From Alphaproteobacteria bacterium (lineage in GTDB: Bacteria; Pseudomonadota; Alphaproteobacteria; RF32; CAG-239), in assembly GCA_045632645.1 (NCBI GenBank), contig JAZQXC010000014.1:18166-82165 (forward strand): DNA of 64,000 bases, read 5' to 3'. The notes under the pieces are model-generated. The model did not search any database. It worked only from the letters and a program-made list of their open reading frames with translations, and had not been told where the DNA came from. Positions 1-10,097 of the stretch are shown piece by piece. The translations under genes and the position numbers were made by a program. Every line of letters starts with the position of its first letter. Within the stretch, counting starts at the first letter, position 1.

Positions 1-86
1 TTTACTTCATTACCCGTCGCTTCAGCATCCATAGAAGATGCAGCTAAAACAGCAGCCAACGCAAGAGATTCCCATTCTTTAACCAT
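1..86 (-). CDS. Hypothetical protein, N-terminal fragment (gene continues beyond window start)
   Basis: Reverse-strand ATG at 84-86 preceded by AGGGAA RBS; reads MVKEWESLALAAVLAASSMDAEATGNEV...; no family recognised. Confidence 0.35.
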   Translation of the reverse strand, partial: MVKEWESLALAAVLAASSMDAEATGNEV

Positions 87-241
87 TTTATATTCCCTAA
101 CAACTCAAACTATATCTATTGTAACACAAAAAAAACTAAAAATCAATTAAATAGCTCTTTTAAAGAGCCAAATTTCACTTGCCTTTGCAAGCAAATTAAT
201 CTAACATTTTTCTTATCAAACAATCAAATAAGAGGTGTTTT

Positions 242-715
242 ATGAAAAAAACTCCAACAATATACCTAATATGTGGTTTTCTAGGAGCTGGAAAAACAAC
301 ATATTCAAAAAAATTAGCAAAAGAAAAAAATGCAATTCATCTAAATCCAGATGAAGTTGTTATGAAAAGATATTCAAAAGAAGAATACGAAAACAATTGG
401 GAAGCTTGTTTTGCTGAAACTATGGATTTTTTATGGCAAGAAACAGCCTCTTATATCAAACAAAATAAAGATATTATTTTTGATGTTGGCTTTTGGGATA
501 AAGCATCAAGAATTAGCGCCAAAGAAAAAGCCACAAAATACGGCGCAACCCCTATAATATACTATATTTATGCTCCAGACGAGATATTAAAGCAACGAAT
601 TTCATCAAGAAAAGGAAAAATCGCTGAACACAATTTATTGCATTTTGATGATATAAAAAAATATTTTGAACCCCCATCAAGTGATGAAAATGCTATAATT
701 ATAGAAAACTACTAA
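242..715 (+). CDS. Small P-loop NTPase / predicted kinase (AAA_33 / zeta-toxin-like fold)
   Basis: Walker A GFLGAGKTT near N-terminus, 157 aa, GAGGTG RBS 6 nt upstream of ATG. Confidence 0.6.
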   Translation: MKKTPTIYLICGFLGAGKTTYSKKLAKEKNAIHLNPDEVVMKRYSKEEYENNWEACFAETMDFLWQETASYIKQNKDIIFDVGFWDKASRISAKEKATKYGATPIIYYIYAPDEILKQRISSRKGKIAEHNLLHFDDIKKYFEPPSSDENAIIIENY

Positions 716-761
716 ACACCCCATATAACAAAAAAACACCCTCTCGGGTGTCTTAAAGAAA

Positions 762-848
762 TGGTGCGCTAGGCCGGAATCGAACCGGCACGGGATTGCT
801 CCCAACAGATTTTAAGTCTGCAGCGTCTACCTGTTCCGCCACAAGCGC
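762..848 (-). tRNA. tRNA-Leu (anticodon UAA), type II with long variable arm, encoded CCA
   Basis: Reverse complement GCGCTTGTGGCGGAACAGGTAGACGC...CAGACTTAAAATCTG...TGCCGGTTCGATTCCGGCCTAGCGCACCA; D-arm like E. coli tRNA-Leu, anticodon loop CUUAAAA, T-loop TTCGATT, 87 nt. Confidence 0.9.
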
Positions 849-937
849 AAATCCATAACAAAAACTCTTATACATACAAAAAATTATAATTGCAACATAT
901 TTCTTGTATTTTTTTTATTTTTAATTAAAATTTTTTT

Positions 938-1008
938 CCGAAACAAGGTGTAGCGCATACACCAGCGTCTAATTTTTTACTATATATACGGCAGAAACAG
1001 CGTTTCGG
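938..1008. promoter_or_regulatory. Inverted-repeat-bounded intergenic element (CCGAAAC...GTTTCGG, inner palindrome GGTGTAgcgcaTACACC) between tRNA-Leu and pssA
   Basis: Perfect 6-bp palindrome at 947-963 and outer 7-bp inverted repeat at 938-944 / 1002-1008, seen directly. Confidence 0.25.
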
Positions 1009-1037
1009 TATATATATTTTGAAAGGTAGTATATAAA

Positions 1038-1829
1038 ATGAAACCTCTAAACAAGAAGCTCGTGCTTCCTAAAAACAAGTTAACCGAAATCCCATTTCGC
1101 AAACTTGTTCCAAACATCGTAACAATGCTAGCTCTTTGCTCTGGTTTAACATCAATTCGCTATTCTGTACAAGAAGACTGGGGTAAAGCTGTTGTTTTCA
1201 TCATACTCGCAGGCTTTTTAGATGGTCTAGATGGAAGACTTGCCAGATATCTAAAAGCATCAACCAAATTTGGCGCAGAGCTCGATTCTCTCTGTGATTT
1301 TGTTAGTTTTGGTATCGCACCTGCAATATTAATGTTCCAATGGTGCTTATTTGATTTACCAAAATTTGGTTGGTATTTTTGTTTATTATATTCAATGGGT
1401 ATGGCAATGCGCCTAGCTCGTTTCAACACAATGTTAGAAGACGACACGATTCCCCCATACTGGTCAAATTATTTCACAGGCGTTCCAGCCCCTGCAGCAG
1501 CCGCAATGGCAGCTATGCCAATCATAATGTCTTTTGACTTTAAAGAACTAGAGCCATTACTTCGCACTCATTTATTTTGTGGTGTTTGGATGCTTTTTGT
1601 TGCTTATTTAGAAACAAGTAGAATCCCAACCATATCTCTCAAAAAGAGCAAAATAAAAACAACATATATGATGCCATTAACCTTTGTTATTGCTCTTGTT
1701 GCAACATTTTTATTTACACAAACATGGTTAACACTTGGCATTCTAATTGTTTTATACACTCTATCAATTCCATATAGTGTATATAGGTTCAAACAAGACA
1801 AAAAAGCTTATGAATTAAGCACCAAATAA
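1038..1829 (+). CDS. pssA: CDP-diacylglycerol--serine O-phosphatidyltransferase (CDP-alcohol phosphatidyltransferase family)
   Basis: Motif DGLDGRLAR...G...D...D in multi-TM protein; 263 aa. Confidence 0.85.
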   Translation: MKPLNKKLVLPKNKLTEIPFRKLVPNIVTMLALCSGLTSIRYSVQEDWGKAVVFIILAGFLDGLDGRLARYLKASTKFGAELDSLCDFVSFGIAPAILMFQWCLFDLPKFGWYFCLLYSMGMAMRLARFNTMLEDDTIPPYWSNYFTGVPAPAAAAMAAMPIIMSFDFKELEPLLRTHLFCGVWMLFVAYLETSRIPTISLKKSKIKTTYMMPLTFVIALVATFLFTQTWLTLGILIVLYTLSIPYSVYRFKQDKKAYELSTK

Positions 1830-1832
1830 CAA

Positions 1833-1858
1833 AAAGAGAGGTTCGCCTCTCTTTTTTT
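1833..1858 (+). terminator. Rho-independent terminator after pssA
   Basis: GAGAGGttcgCCTCTC followed by T7. Confidence 0.8.
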
Positions 1859-2109
1859 AATATTTTTTTAAATCCTTTCATTATAGCCTAAATGTGGAAT
1901 GCCAAGTTGGGTTCTGAGGTTTGAAACCCTCTCGATAATGTTTATATGATATGAGCAAGAACTTTTACTGGCCTTTAGTCATACGTGACTGGAAGGCAGT
2001 AAAATACGCTATATGCAAATATACTGCACTGTTTATCGACAGGTTTCAACTTCCAGTCACCTTTTATTTTAGGTGACTTTTCTTTTTATATCTAAAAGAA
2101 AGGTTTGAA

Positions 2110-2913
2110 ATGAGAAAATATATCTATATATGCAGTTTATTTTTCACACTAGCGCTCCAACCTGCGTATGCCCAAAAATATGAGTATACGGGACATACCC
2201 CTCCTACTTATATCACTATAAAAGGCGAACAATATGTCCGCATTCCTCACTCTCATGAAACAAAATTCAGAGGTTACCCCTCAAAATTAGACCGACTTAT
2301 CTCAAAAATCTCCCAAGTCAAACCATACATCGGCACCGATATAGGATACAATAAATTAAACAGAATAATTATCCCAAATAATTTCACAGTTGGAGGTATT
2401 ACAAACATAAGCTTCTCAACTCAATTACCTAAAAATATTTTTAATCTATCTGCAAATATGGGATTAAAAATGTCTAAAAATATTAGTCTTGAAGCTTTTT
2501 ATCAGGATACATTTAATCGTAAAGAAAAAGGCGATTTTATAATCTCTACCCCCATTACTGACACAACATCTAAATCTATATCATCATCACAATTATCATT
2601 TAGTTCATATGGATTAGATTTTATATACAGCGCCCCACTATATAACCAAAGTTTAGAAATACTTATAGCTCTTGGTATTGGTTTTTATGATATAGATGCA
2701 AAACTAAAATTACATAAAATGAGACCTGAAGGAGAAGATACAGAGTATTTTGCTTCAAATAAAAGCATCGGACATCGCATAGGTTTTGGTGGACAATATA
2801 ACTTCAACGAACATCTAAGCCTACGAGGAATGGTGCGCTACATAAAATTCACAGATGATAAAATAATAAAAGATATACTAGAATTTTCAACAGGTTTAAG
2901 ATATTATTTTTAA
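2110..2913 (+). CDS. Outer-membrane beta-barrel protein (signal peptide, C-terminal aromatic F)
   Basis: Signal peptide MRKYIYICSLFFTLALQPAYA/Q, alternating amphipathic strands, ends ...GLRYYF. Confidence 0.65.
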   Translation: MRKYIYICSLFFTLALQPAYAQKYEYTGHTPPTYITIKGEQYVRIPHSHETKFRGYPSKLDRLISKISQVKPYIGTDIGYNKLNRIIIPNNFTVGGITNISFSTQLPKNIFNLSANMGLKMSKNISLEAFYQDTFNRKEKGDFIISTPITDTTSKSISSSQLSFSSYGLDFIYSAPLYNQSLEILIALGIGFYDIDAKLKLHKMRPEGEDTEYFASNKSIGHRIGFGGQYNFNEHLSLRGMVRYIKFTDDKIIKDILEFSTGLRYYF

Positions 2914-2920
2914 ACAAAAT

Positions 2921-3125
2921 TCCATCTAGAGTATAGTTCATAAAATACGTAAATGACCCGACCGCAGACAGGCTTCCATCTAGAGTATAGTTCACAAAAT
3001 AAGATATAAAGGAGTAAAATTTTGCGAAATATCACTAGATGTCCTGCAAGGGAGGGGAGTTTACAAAATACGTAAATGACCCGACTGCAGACAGGCTTCC
3101 ATCTAGTGAATAGTTCACAAAATTT
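2921..3125. repeat. GC-rich tandem direct repeat (A-B-A-[69 bp insert]-B-A; A=TTCCATCTAGAGTATAGTTCAYAAAATA, B=CGTAAATGACCCGACYGCAGACAGGC)
   Basis: Three copies of A and two of B with 1-3 mismatches, located between convergent 3' ends of OMP gene and tsaC. Confidence 0.8.
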
Positions 3126-3131
3126 TACCCT

Positions 3132-4076
3132 TTATCTTGAGGCGCGTTTAATCCTATCATTAATAGCCAACCCCACCCCCTCATTGGGAATAGGCGCCAT
3201 AGCGATTCTATCATAATTAGAGTTCTTATCAGCCATTCTCATAAAAGAAAACAAATTAGATGCAGCTTCTCTTAAATCTCCTGATTTGCTTAAGTTTAAT
3301 TCACCAAAATCAAACTCACTACCAAAACCAATATAAAGCTCATTTTCCATTGGTTCTATTGCGTTTATTCTAAACTTTTTAGATGGCGCATAGTGTTTTA
3401 ACATCTGCCCTGGAGATGTTGGTTTATCCGGATTCCCATCAGATAATAAAACCTCTTCACCTAAAACTTCTTCTAATTGCTCTTTAGTAACCCCTCCTGC
3501 TCTAAGCAACACAGCTTTTGGAGTCGTTAAATCTAAAATAGTCGATTCGACACCAACTTCACATTGTCCACCATCTAAAATCATATCAACACTATCGCCC
3601 AAGCTTTCATATACAGCCTCTGCTGTTGTTGGCGAAATGGTTTGTGAACGATTAGCCGAAGGCGCCGCAATCGGAACACCTGCTTTTTCAATCAATTTTA
3701 GCGCAACACTATGATTAGGACATCTAACAGTCATCGTCTTAAGCCCTGCGCAAACCAAGTCCAAACTTGGATTATCATCAATTCTCGGCAAAACAAATGT
3801 TAAAGGTCCCGGCCAAAAAACCTTAGCAAGCTCTAACGCTCTTTCATCAACCTTAACAAACTCTCTCATATCATCTGCTTTTGCAATATGAGATATAAGC
3901 GGATTAAAACTAGGTCTGCCTTTTACTTCAAAAATACCAGCAACAGCCTTGGGGTTAAAAATACTAGCCCCCAATCCATAAACTGTCTCTGTTGGAAAAG
4001 AAACAAGCCCCCCTTTCTTGATAACAAGCGCTCCTTTTATTATATTATCTTCCGAAGCTTTATAAATACCGCTCAT
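3132..4076 (-). CDS. tsaC: L-threonylcarbamoyladenylate synthase (YrdC/Sua5 family, with Sua5-type C-terminal domain)
   Basis: N-terminal YrdC motifs ...FPTETVYGLGA...KGRP...PL..H...; 314 aa. Confidence 0.85.
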   Translation of the reverse strand: MSGIYKASEDNIIKGALVIKKGGLVSFPTETVYGLGASIFNPKAVAGIFEVKGRPSFNPLISHIAKADDMREFVKVDERALELAKVFWPGPLTFVLPRIDDNPSLDLVCAGLKTMTVRCPNHSVALKLIEKAGVPIAAPSANRSQTISPTTAEAVYESLGDSVDMILDGGQCEVGVESTILDLTTPKAVLLRAGGVTKEQLEEVLGEEVLLSDGNPDKPTSPGQMLKHYAPSKKFRINAIEPMENELYIGFGSEFDFGELNLSKSGDLREAASNLFSFMRMADKNSNYDRIAMAPIPNEGVGLAINDRIKRASR

Positions 4077-4209
4077 ACTAAACCTTTCAATTTAAACATT
4101 TATCCTACAATACCACGATAAAAACCAAAATCAACCCCATAAATTTAACCTTTTTTTCACTATAATACCCTCAAAATAATCTCATTATTACAAAAAATAG
4201 GAGAGACAA

Positions 4210-5682
4210 ATGACAGAAATCGTATTTAATCAAGACCCCAAAAATTCTACCGTTAAAGTTCTTATCGCAACTTTTGAAGAACAATTAAATTATGGTATAA
4301 CAGGTTCAATCATTGATAGAAGCACTTTTAATAAATTAAAAGCCCTAACAGAAAGAGAAACAGAGAAAAAATCTCCAATCATTACTCTTGATTTAGTAAA
4401 AGAAGTTGTTGTTTTATTAAGATTAGAAAACACATGCTCAAATGTTGATATACAAAACATTGGAGCCAAAGCATATCAAAGAATAAAAGACTTTTCATCT
4501 ATCACAGTATATGCACGACACCTACCAAAAACAGACTACAAATCAACCGATATAGTAAACAATTTAGGTCTTGGTATGGATTTAGCTTCATATTCATTTG
4601 ATAAATATTTCACAACCAAAAAAGATTCTGATTTTCCAAAATTAGAAACAATCAATTTTGTAGCCAAAGAAAAATTAAATAAAAAAGACTACGAACAAAC
4701 AAAAGTTCTAACAAATGCTGTTCGTTATGCTCGTGATTTAACCAACGAACCAGCAAACGAATTAACTCCAGAAATTTATGCTGGCGACATTAAAAGATTA
4801 GAAACACTTGGCTTAAAAGTAACAATATTAAACAAAGAAACCTTAAAGAAAAAAGGTTTTAATATGTTGCTTTCAGTATCTCAAGGCTCATCAAACGACC
4901 CATATGTTTGCATTTTAGAGCACAAAGGTAACCCTAAGAAAAAAGGCTATGACGTTGCCCTAGTTGGTAAAGGTGTAACATTTGACTCAGGTGGCATTTC
5001 AATAAAACCATCTCAAGGAATGGGCGATATGAAACAAGACATGGCAGGCTCTGCTGTTGTTGTATCTTCACTAAAAGCCCTTGCCGGACAAAAAGCTAAA
5101 TTAAATGTTGTCGGTATCGTGGGTTTGGTTGAAAATATGCCATCAGGAACAGCAACTCGCCCAGGCGATATAGTAAAATCACTCTCTGGTCAAACTGTTG
5201 AAATATTAAATACCGATGCAGAAGGTCGTTTAGTTTTAGGAGACTGCCTAACTTATGTTGAAAGAGAATACAAACCAGAGCGCATCATTGATATTGCAAC
5301 CCTAACTGGTGCTATCATCGTAGCACTAGGCGATGAAATGGCTGGTTTATTCTCTAATGATGATTGCCTATCAGAGCTATTAAGCATTGCTGGCGAACAA
5401 ACAGGTGAAGAACTATGGCGCTTTCCACTAACCGACAACTATCGCAAAAAAATCAAATCAGACATAGCAGATATTAAAAACATCTCTGCCGGACGCTCAG
5501 CAGGTTCTATCACTGCAGCATGCTTCTTAGAAAAATTCTTACCAAATAAAACACCGTGGGCACACTTAGATATCGCAGGTGTTGATAAGGTAGAAAAATC
5601 AAAACCAATGTACCCATGTGGTGCTAGTGGATTCGGAGTTATGTTATTAAACAAATTCCTAAAAAATCTAGAAGCAAAATAA
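4210..5682 (+). CDS. pepA: Leucyl (cytosol) aminopeptidase, M17 family
   Basis: NTDAEGRLVLGDCLTY signature, GGAGAG RBS; 490 aa. Confidence 0.9.
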   Translation: MTEIVFNQDPKNSTVKVLIATFEEQLNYGITGSIIDRSTFNKLKALTERETEKKSPIITLDLVKEVVVLLRLENTCSNVDIQNIGAKAYQRIKDFSSITVYARHLPKTDYKSTDIVNNLGLGMDLASYSFDKYFTTKKDSDFPKLETINFVAKEKLNKKDYEQTKVLTNAVRYARDLTNEPANELTPEIYAGDIKRLETLGLKVTILNKETLKKKGFNMLLSVSQGSSNDPYVCILEHKGNPKKKGYDVALVGKGVTFDSGGISIKPSQGMGDMKQDMAGSAVVVSSLKALAGQKAKLNVVGIVGLVENMPSGTATRPGDIVKSLSGQTVEILNTDAEGRLVLGDCLTYVEREYKPERIIDIATLTGAIIVALGDEMAGLFSNDDCLSELLSIAGEQTGEELWRFPLTDNYRKKIKSDIADIKNISAGRSAGSITAACFLEKFLPNKTPWAHLDIAGVDKVEKSKPMYPCGASGFGVMLLNKFLKNLEAK

Positions 5683-5690
5683 TTCCAAGA

Positions 5691-5718
5691 AAGCCCCGTA
5701 AAAACGGGGCTTTTTTTA
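5691..5718 (+). terminator. Rho-independent terminator after pepA
   Basis: AGCCCCGtaaaaaCGGGGCT + T7. Confidence 0.85.
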
Positions 5719-5814
5719 ATAAAAAAATATCCATCAAAGCACTAAAAAATAGTTGAGAAATTATAAAGCTGTGCTAAACTCCTTTTATCAAAAATATAAG
5801 GAACAAAAAACAAA

Positions 5815-8800
5815 ATGAAAGACCCCAAATTTGTGCATTTAAGAGTCCACACAGCATACTCACTTGCTGAAGGTGCTATTATGCTCCCAAAACTCATGCA
5901 TAAATTACATGACATGGGGGTTCCAGCTATTGCTGTAACAGATAGCGCCAACATGTTTGGTGGTAAAGCTTTTTCCAAATATGCATCAGATGAAGGTATA
6001 AAACCTATAATGGGTTGCCAATTTTTATTAAGAAATGAAGATTCAGACAACCTCCTCATCTCAAAGGGTAAAGAGCTAGAACCTGATAAAATTGTTTTAC
6101 TCGTAATGAATAAAACAGGTTACGAAAACATTATGAAGCTAATGAAACATTTTTATCTAGACAACACTGCTCATGGTTGGTCACCTCAATTAACAATAGA
6201 TAATTTAAGAAATTATAACGAAGGATTAATAGCTCTTACTGGTGGAACAAGTGGTCCAATAGGTCGCCTGCTGCTTGAAAACAGAAAAAAAGAAGCCATT
6301 GATACTTTAATAAACCTAAAAGATATTTTCAACGATCGCTTATATATGGAAATATCAAGAATAGGTACTCAAGAAGAACAAAAAACAGAAGAAGACTTTA
6401 TAAATTTTGCTTATGAATATAATATTCCACTTGTTGCAACCAACGAAGTATTTTTCTTAAACGAAGAAATGTTTGAAGCGCACGATGCTCTCGTTTGTAT
6501 TTCTGCCGGAGAATATGTCTCAAACGAAAATAGGCGTCGCTTTTCTATCAATAACCGACTTCGAACAGAAGAAGAAATGGTAGAACTTTTTAAAGACCTA
6601 CCAGAAGCTCTAAATAACACTGTTCGCATAGCAAAACTTTGCAACTACTTATCTAAAAAAGTAGATCCTCTTTTGCCAATATTTGAATGTCCCAATGGTA
6701 AAACACAAGATGAGTTCATTACAGAAGAGGCCTTTAGTGGCCTGAATGATAGAATGCAAAAAGCAGTATATCACGATGGCTTAACTCAAGAAGAACGTTT
6801 AGCAATTGATGAAAAGTATTATAAACGTTTAGAATACGAGCTTAGCGTTATCAAAAAAATGGGATTCCCTGGCTATTTTCTAATAGTATCAGACTTTATT
6901 AAATGGTCAAAAGCTCATGGTGTATCTGTTGGACCAGGACGCGGTTCTGGTGCAGGCTCAATTGTTGCATGGGCGCTAAAAATTACAGAATTAGATCCTA
7001 TCAAGTTAGACTTACTTTTTGAGCGTTTCTTAAATCCAGAACGTGTAAACATGCCTGACTTTGACGTGGATTTCTGCCAAGAAAATCGCTATAAAACTAT
7101 AGAATATGTACAAGAAAAATATGGTTTTGACCATGTTGCCCAAATCATAACTTATGGTAAATTACAATCAAAGGCCGTAATCAGAGACGTAGCTCGTGTT
7201 CTCCAAATGCCCTATTCTCAAGCAGATAAAATATCAAAGATGATACCTGCCGGCGTTCAAGGTAAAAACCCAACACTACCTGAAGCACTAGAGCAAGTTC
7301 CTGAGCTTGAAGAGATGCGCCAAAACGACCCACAAGTAAACAAGCTTTTTGAAATAGCAATCAAACTTGAGGGCTTATATCGTAACTCAGGTATGCATGC
7401 TGCTGGTGTTGTTATTGGTGATAGACCTCTAGAACAATTAGTGCCTTTGTATAAAGACCCTCGCGCTGATATGCCTGTAACAATGTATGATATGAAATTT
7501 GTTGAAGAAACAGGTTTAATCAAGTTTGACTTTTTAGGCTTAAAAACCCTAACCGTAATTCAGCGCGCTATTGACTGGATAAAAATATCTCAAGGCATAG
7601 ACCTCGATATGGAAACAATTCCACTTAACGATGAAGCCACCTACAAAATGCTCCAAGATGGAAAAACAACAGCTGTATTCCAATTCGAGTCTGCCGGCAT
7701 GAAAGACGTACACAAACAAATAAAACCAGACCGTTTTGAAGATTTAATCGCTATTGTTTCACTCTATCGTCCAGGACCAATGGATAATATTCCAACCTTT
7801 ATTAAAAGAAAACACGGCGAAGAAGAAATTCAATATCTACACCCAGCACTAGAACCAATACTAAAAGAAACATACGGCATCATGGTATATCAAGAGCAAG
7901 TTATGATGATTGCTCGAGAGCTAGGCGGCTACACAATGGGTGGTGCAGATAAATTGCGTAAAGTAATGGGTAAAAAAATGCGTGATGAAATTCCAAAGCA
8001 ACGCATAATGTTTACCGAAGGTGCAATCAAAAATGGTATTGATGAAGATGTTGCAAAAAGCATATTTGACCAAATGGAAAAATTTGCATCCTATGGTTTT
8101 AACAAATCACACGCCGCCGCATATTCACTAGTATCATACCAAACAGCATACCTAAAAGCACATTATCCTGTTGAATTTATGTGCGCCGTTATGGATTTAG
8201 ATATAACCAACACTGATAAACTCGCAACATTTAAAGCAGAATGCAAAGCTTTAGGTATTGATGTGTTAAAACCAGATATAAACGAATCACTTGCAAAATT
8301 CAGTGTTCAAAATGGCAAATTAAGATATGCTCTTGGAGCTATAAAAGGCGTAGGTGAAGCCAATATGAATGCCATTATTGAAGCGCGCAATAAAGGTGGA
8401 AAATTTAAAGACCTTTCAGACTTTATAAATAGAGTAGATGCAAAACAGCTAAATCGCAAACAACTAGAACAATTAATAAAAGCTGGTGCACTTGATTGCT
8501 TAGAGCCTAAAAGAGGTAAACTCTTTGCTAACATAGATACAATCTTAAAAAATATCTCATCAGCAACAGAGTTAAAGACAAGTGCTCAATCATCGCTCTT
8601 TGGAGCAGAAGAATATTCATCAAAGGTAAAACTATTTGATGCACCAGATTGGCCAGATTTAGAAAAACTACGCATAGAAGCAGGTGCTATAGGCTTTTAT
8701 TTATCAGCCCATCCTCTTGATGTATACCACGACAGTATGAAAAGATTAGGTGTAAAAACATGCTTTGAAGTTATGTCAAATATCAAAGTTGGCGATAGTA

Positions 8801-9288
8801 TTAAAGCAAATATTGCTGGCTGTGTTGAAACGTTCCAAAAAAGAATAAGCAAAAACGGAAATAAATATGCATTTCTAGGCCTATCTGACACAACAGACAA
8901 CTTTGAAGGAATGCTCTTTTCTGATGCTCTTGCAAAATACGAAGATATCATTAATTCAGGATGTCCTTTGCTTGTAAAAGTAACAATTAATAAACAAAGC
9001 GAAGAAGAAAATCCAAGAGTTATGATAAACAGTGTAAAAACAATAGATGAAGCTATTGCCGAACAAGCTAAAGGACTTATAATTTCCGTATCAAACATTT
9101 CTGCTATAAAAGAATTAAAGAAAATATTATATACAGATATGCGTGGAACAAACAAAGTTTATATTGAGCCAGAATTAGACGATTGGGAAGTCAGAATAGA
9201 AATTGAAGGTGGTTTTGCATTCGCCGATAGCATGATGCTATCAAAACTCAAAAGCATCCCCGGAATATCATCAGTAAAAGAGTTTTAA
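5815..9288 (+). CDS. dnaE: DNA polymerase III alpha subunit
   Basis: PHP-domain start LRVHTAYSLAEGA, polymerase core motifs; 1157 aa. Confidence 0.95.
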   Translation: MKDPKFVHLRVHTAYSLAEGAIMLPKLMHKLHDMGVPAIAVTDSANMFGGKAFSKYASDEGIKPIMGCQFLLRNEDSDNLLISKGKELEPDKIVLLVMNKTGYENIMKLMKHFYLDNTAHGWSPQLTIDNLRNYNEGLIALTGGTSGPIGRLLLENRKKEAIDTLINLKDIFNDRLYMEISRIGTQEEQKTEEDFINFAYEYNIPLVATNEVFFLNEEMFEAHDALVCISAGEYVSNENRRRFSINNRLRTEEEMVELFKDLPEALNNTVRIAKLCNYLSKKVDPLLPIFECPNGKTQDEFITEEAFSGLNDRMQKAVYHDGLTQEERLAIDEKYYKRLEYELSVIKKMGFPGYFLIVSDFIKWSKAHGVSVGPGRGSGAGSIVAWALKITELDPIKLDLLFERFLNPERVNMPDFDVDFCQENRYKTIEYVQEKYGFDHVAQIITYGKLQSKAVIRDVARVLQMPYSQADKISKMIPAGVQGKNPTLPEALEQVPELEEMRQNDPQVNKLFEIAIKLEGLYRNSGMHAAGVVIGDRPLEQLVPLYKDPRADMPVTMYDMKFVEETGLIKFDFLGLKTLTVIQRAIDWIKISQGIDLDMETIPLNDEATYKMLQDGKTTAVFQFESAGMKDVHKQIKPDRFEDLIAIVSLYRPGPMDNIPTFIKRKHGEEEIQYLHPALEPILKETYGIMVYQEQVMMIARELGGYTMGGADKLRKVMGKKMRDEIPKQRIMFTEGAIKNGIDEDVAKSIFDQMEKFASYGFNKSHAAAYSLVSYQTAYLKAHYPVEFMCAVMDLDITNTDKLATFKAECKALGIDVLKPDINESLAKFSVQNGKLRYALGAIKGVGEANMNAIIEARNKGGKFKDLSDFINRVDAKQLNRKQLEQLIKAGALDCLEPKRGKLFANIDTILKNISSATELKTSAQSSLFGAEEYSSKVKLFDAPDWPDLEKLRIEAGAIGFYLSAHPLDVYHDSMKRLGVKTCFEVMSNIKVGDSIKANIAGCVETFQKRISKNGNKYAFLGLSDTTDNFEGMLFSDALAKYEDIINSGCPLLVKVTINKQSEEENPRVMINSVKTIDEAIAEQAKGLIISVSNISAIKELKKILYTDMRGTNKVYIEPELDDWEVRIEIEGGFAFADSMMLSKLKSIPGISSVKEF

Positions 9289-9299
9289 AGGAGTATATT

Positions 9300-10097
9300 A
9301 TGGAAAAAGATACCGACAACACAATAAAAATACCGTTTTGGAAAGGCTTTTTATATCCATTTATTGTTATAAAAAACAATTTAAATAATTTCCTAACCTT
9401 AACAGGTGTGTTTGCATTTATAACAGCACTGCTATCTCTTGCTATGGGCAGTAGTTCAGGCTGTAAATTTGGCGATAAATCACAGATATTCTGCTCAAAT
9501 TCAATATACACCGTAATTGCTTTTGGAGTTATTCTTTTACTGGGTATCAGTTTATACTCAAACCGTATATTAATGATTACTCAAAACACAAAAGACCTAA
9601 AAGAAGTAATAAAAAAATATTACCACCCTGAAGATACAAAAACAATCATAACAATAACATTAAATTTCCTAACATGGATATTAATCGTTTATTGTGCGCA
9701 TATACTAAGCACTCGAGTCCCAACACCAAACTTTTATGCAGAATTAATATATTTTTTATTTTTTTCAGGAATTATTGTATTGTGCTTCATATATCTAATT
9801 AATAATGTAATTATGTTACGATACATAACCGGAAAAAAATGGCTTGTACTCAATCAAACATTTTGGCCTATTTTTGATAATCTTGTTAAATTCATGTTAT
9901 GGCCAACATGTTATGCACTATTTTTCGGTTGGCTAGCAAAAGCTCAATTTTCTTATGTTTTATCCTTAACCCCTGATGCTGGCATAATCTTTTTTGCCTT
10001 CAGTGATTTTATGCTATATTTCATAACATATTCAATCTTTGCATTTTGGATTTTACACCTTTGCTATATTGAAAAAGAAATATTCAAAGAGGATTAA
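9300..10097 (+). CDS. Hypothetical polytopic membrane protein
   Basis: AAGGAG RBS, about 6 predicted TM segments, no recognised family. Confidence 0.5.
   Translation: MEKDTDNTIKIPFWKGFLYPFIVIKNNLNNFLTLTGVFAFITALLSLAMGSSSGCKFGDKSQIFCSNSIYTVIAFGVILLLGISLYSNRILMITQNTKDLKEVIKKYYHPEDTKTIITITLNFLTWILIVYCAHILSTRVPTPNFYAELIYFLFFSGIIVLCFIYLINNVIMLRYITGKKWLVLNQTFWPIFDNLVKFMLWPTCYALFFGWLAKAQFSYVLSLTPDAGIIFFAFSDFMLYFITYSIFAFWILHLCYIEKEIFKED

Noticed and set aside
1865-2100. tmRNA / ssrA
   Set aside because: No tRNA-like acceptor/T-arm and no tag reading frame ending in ..AA-stop. I interpreted it instead as a leader or sRNA with an alternative-hairpin terminator.
2921-3125. CRISPR array
   Set aside because: Repeat units abut each other without unique spacers, there are only 2-3 copies, the units are heterogeneous (A and B types), and no cas genes are nearby.
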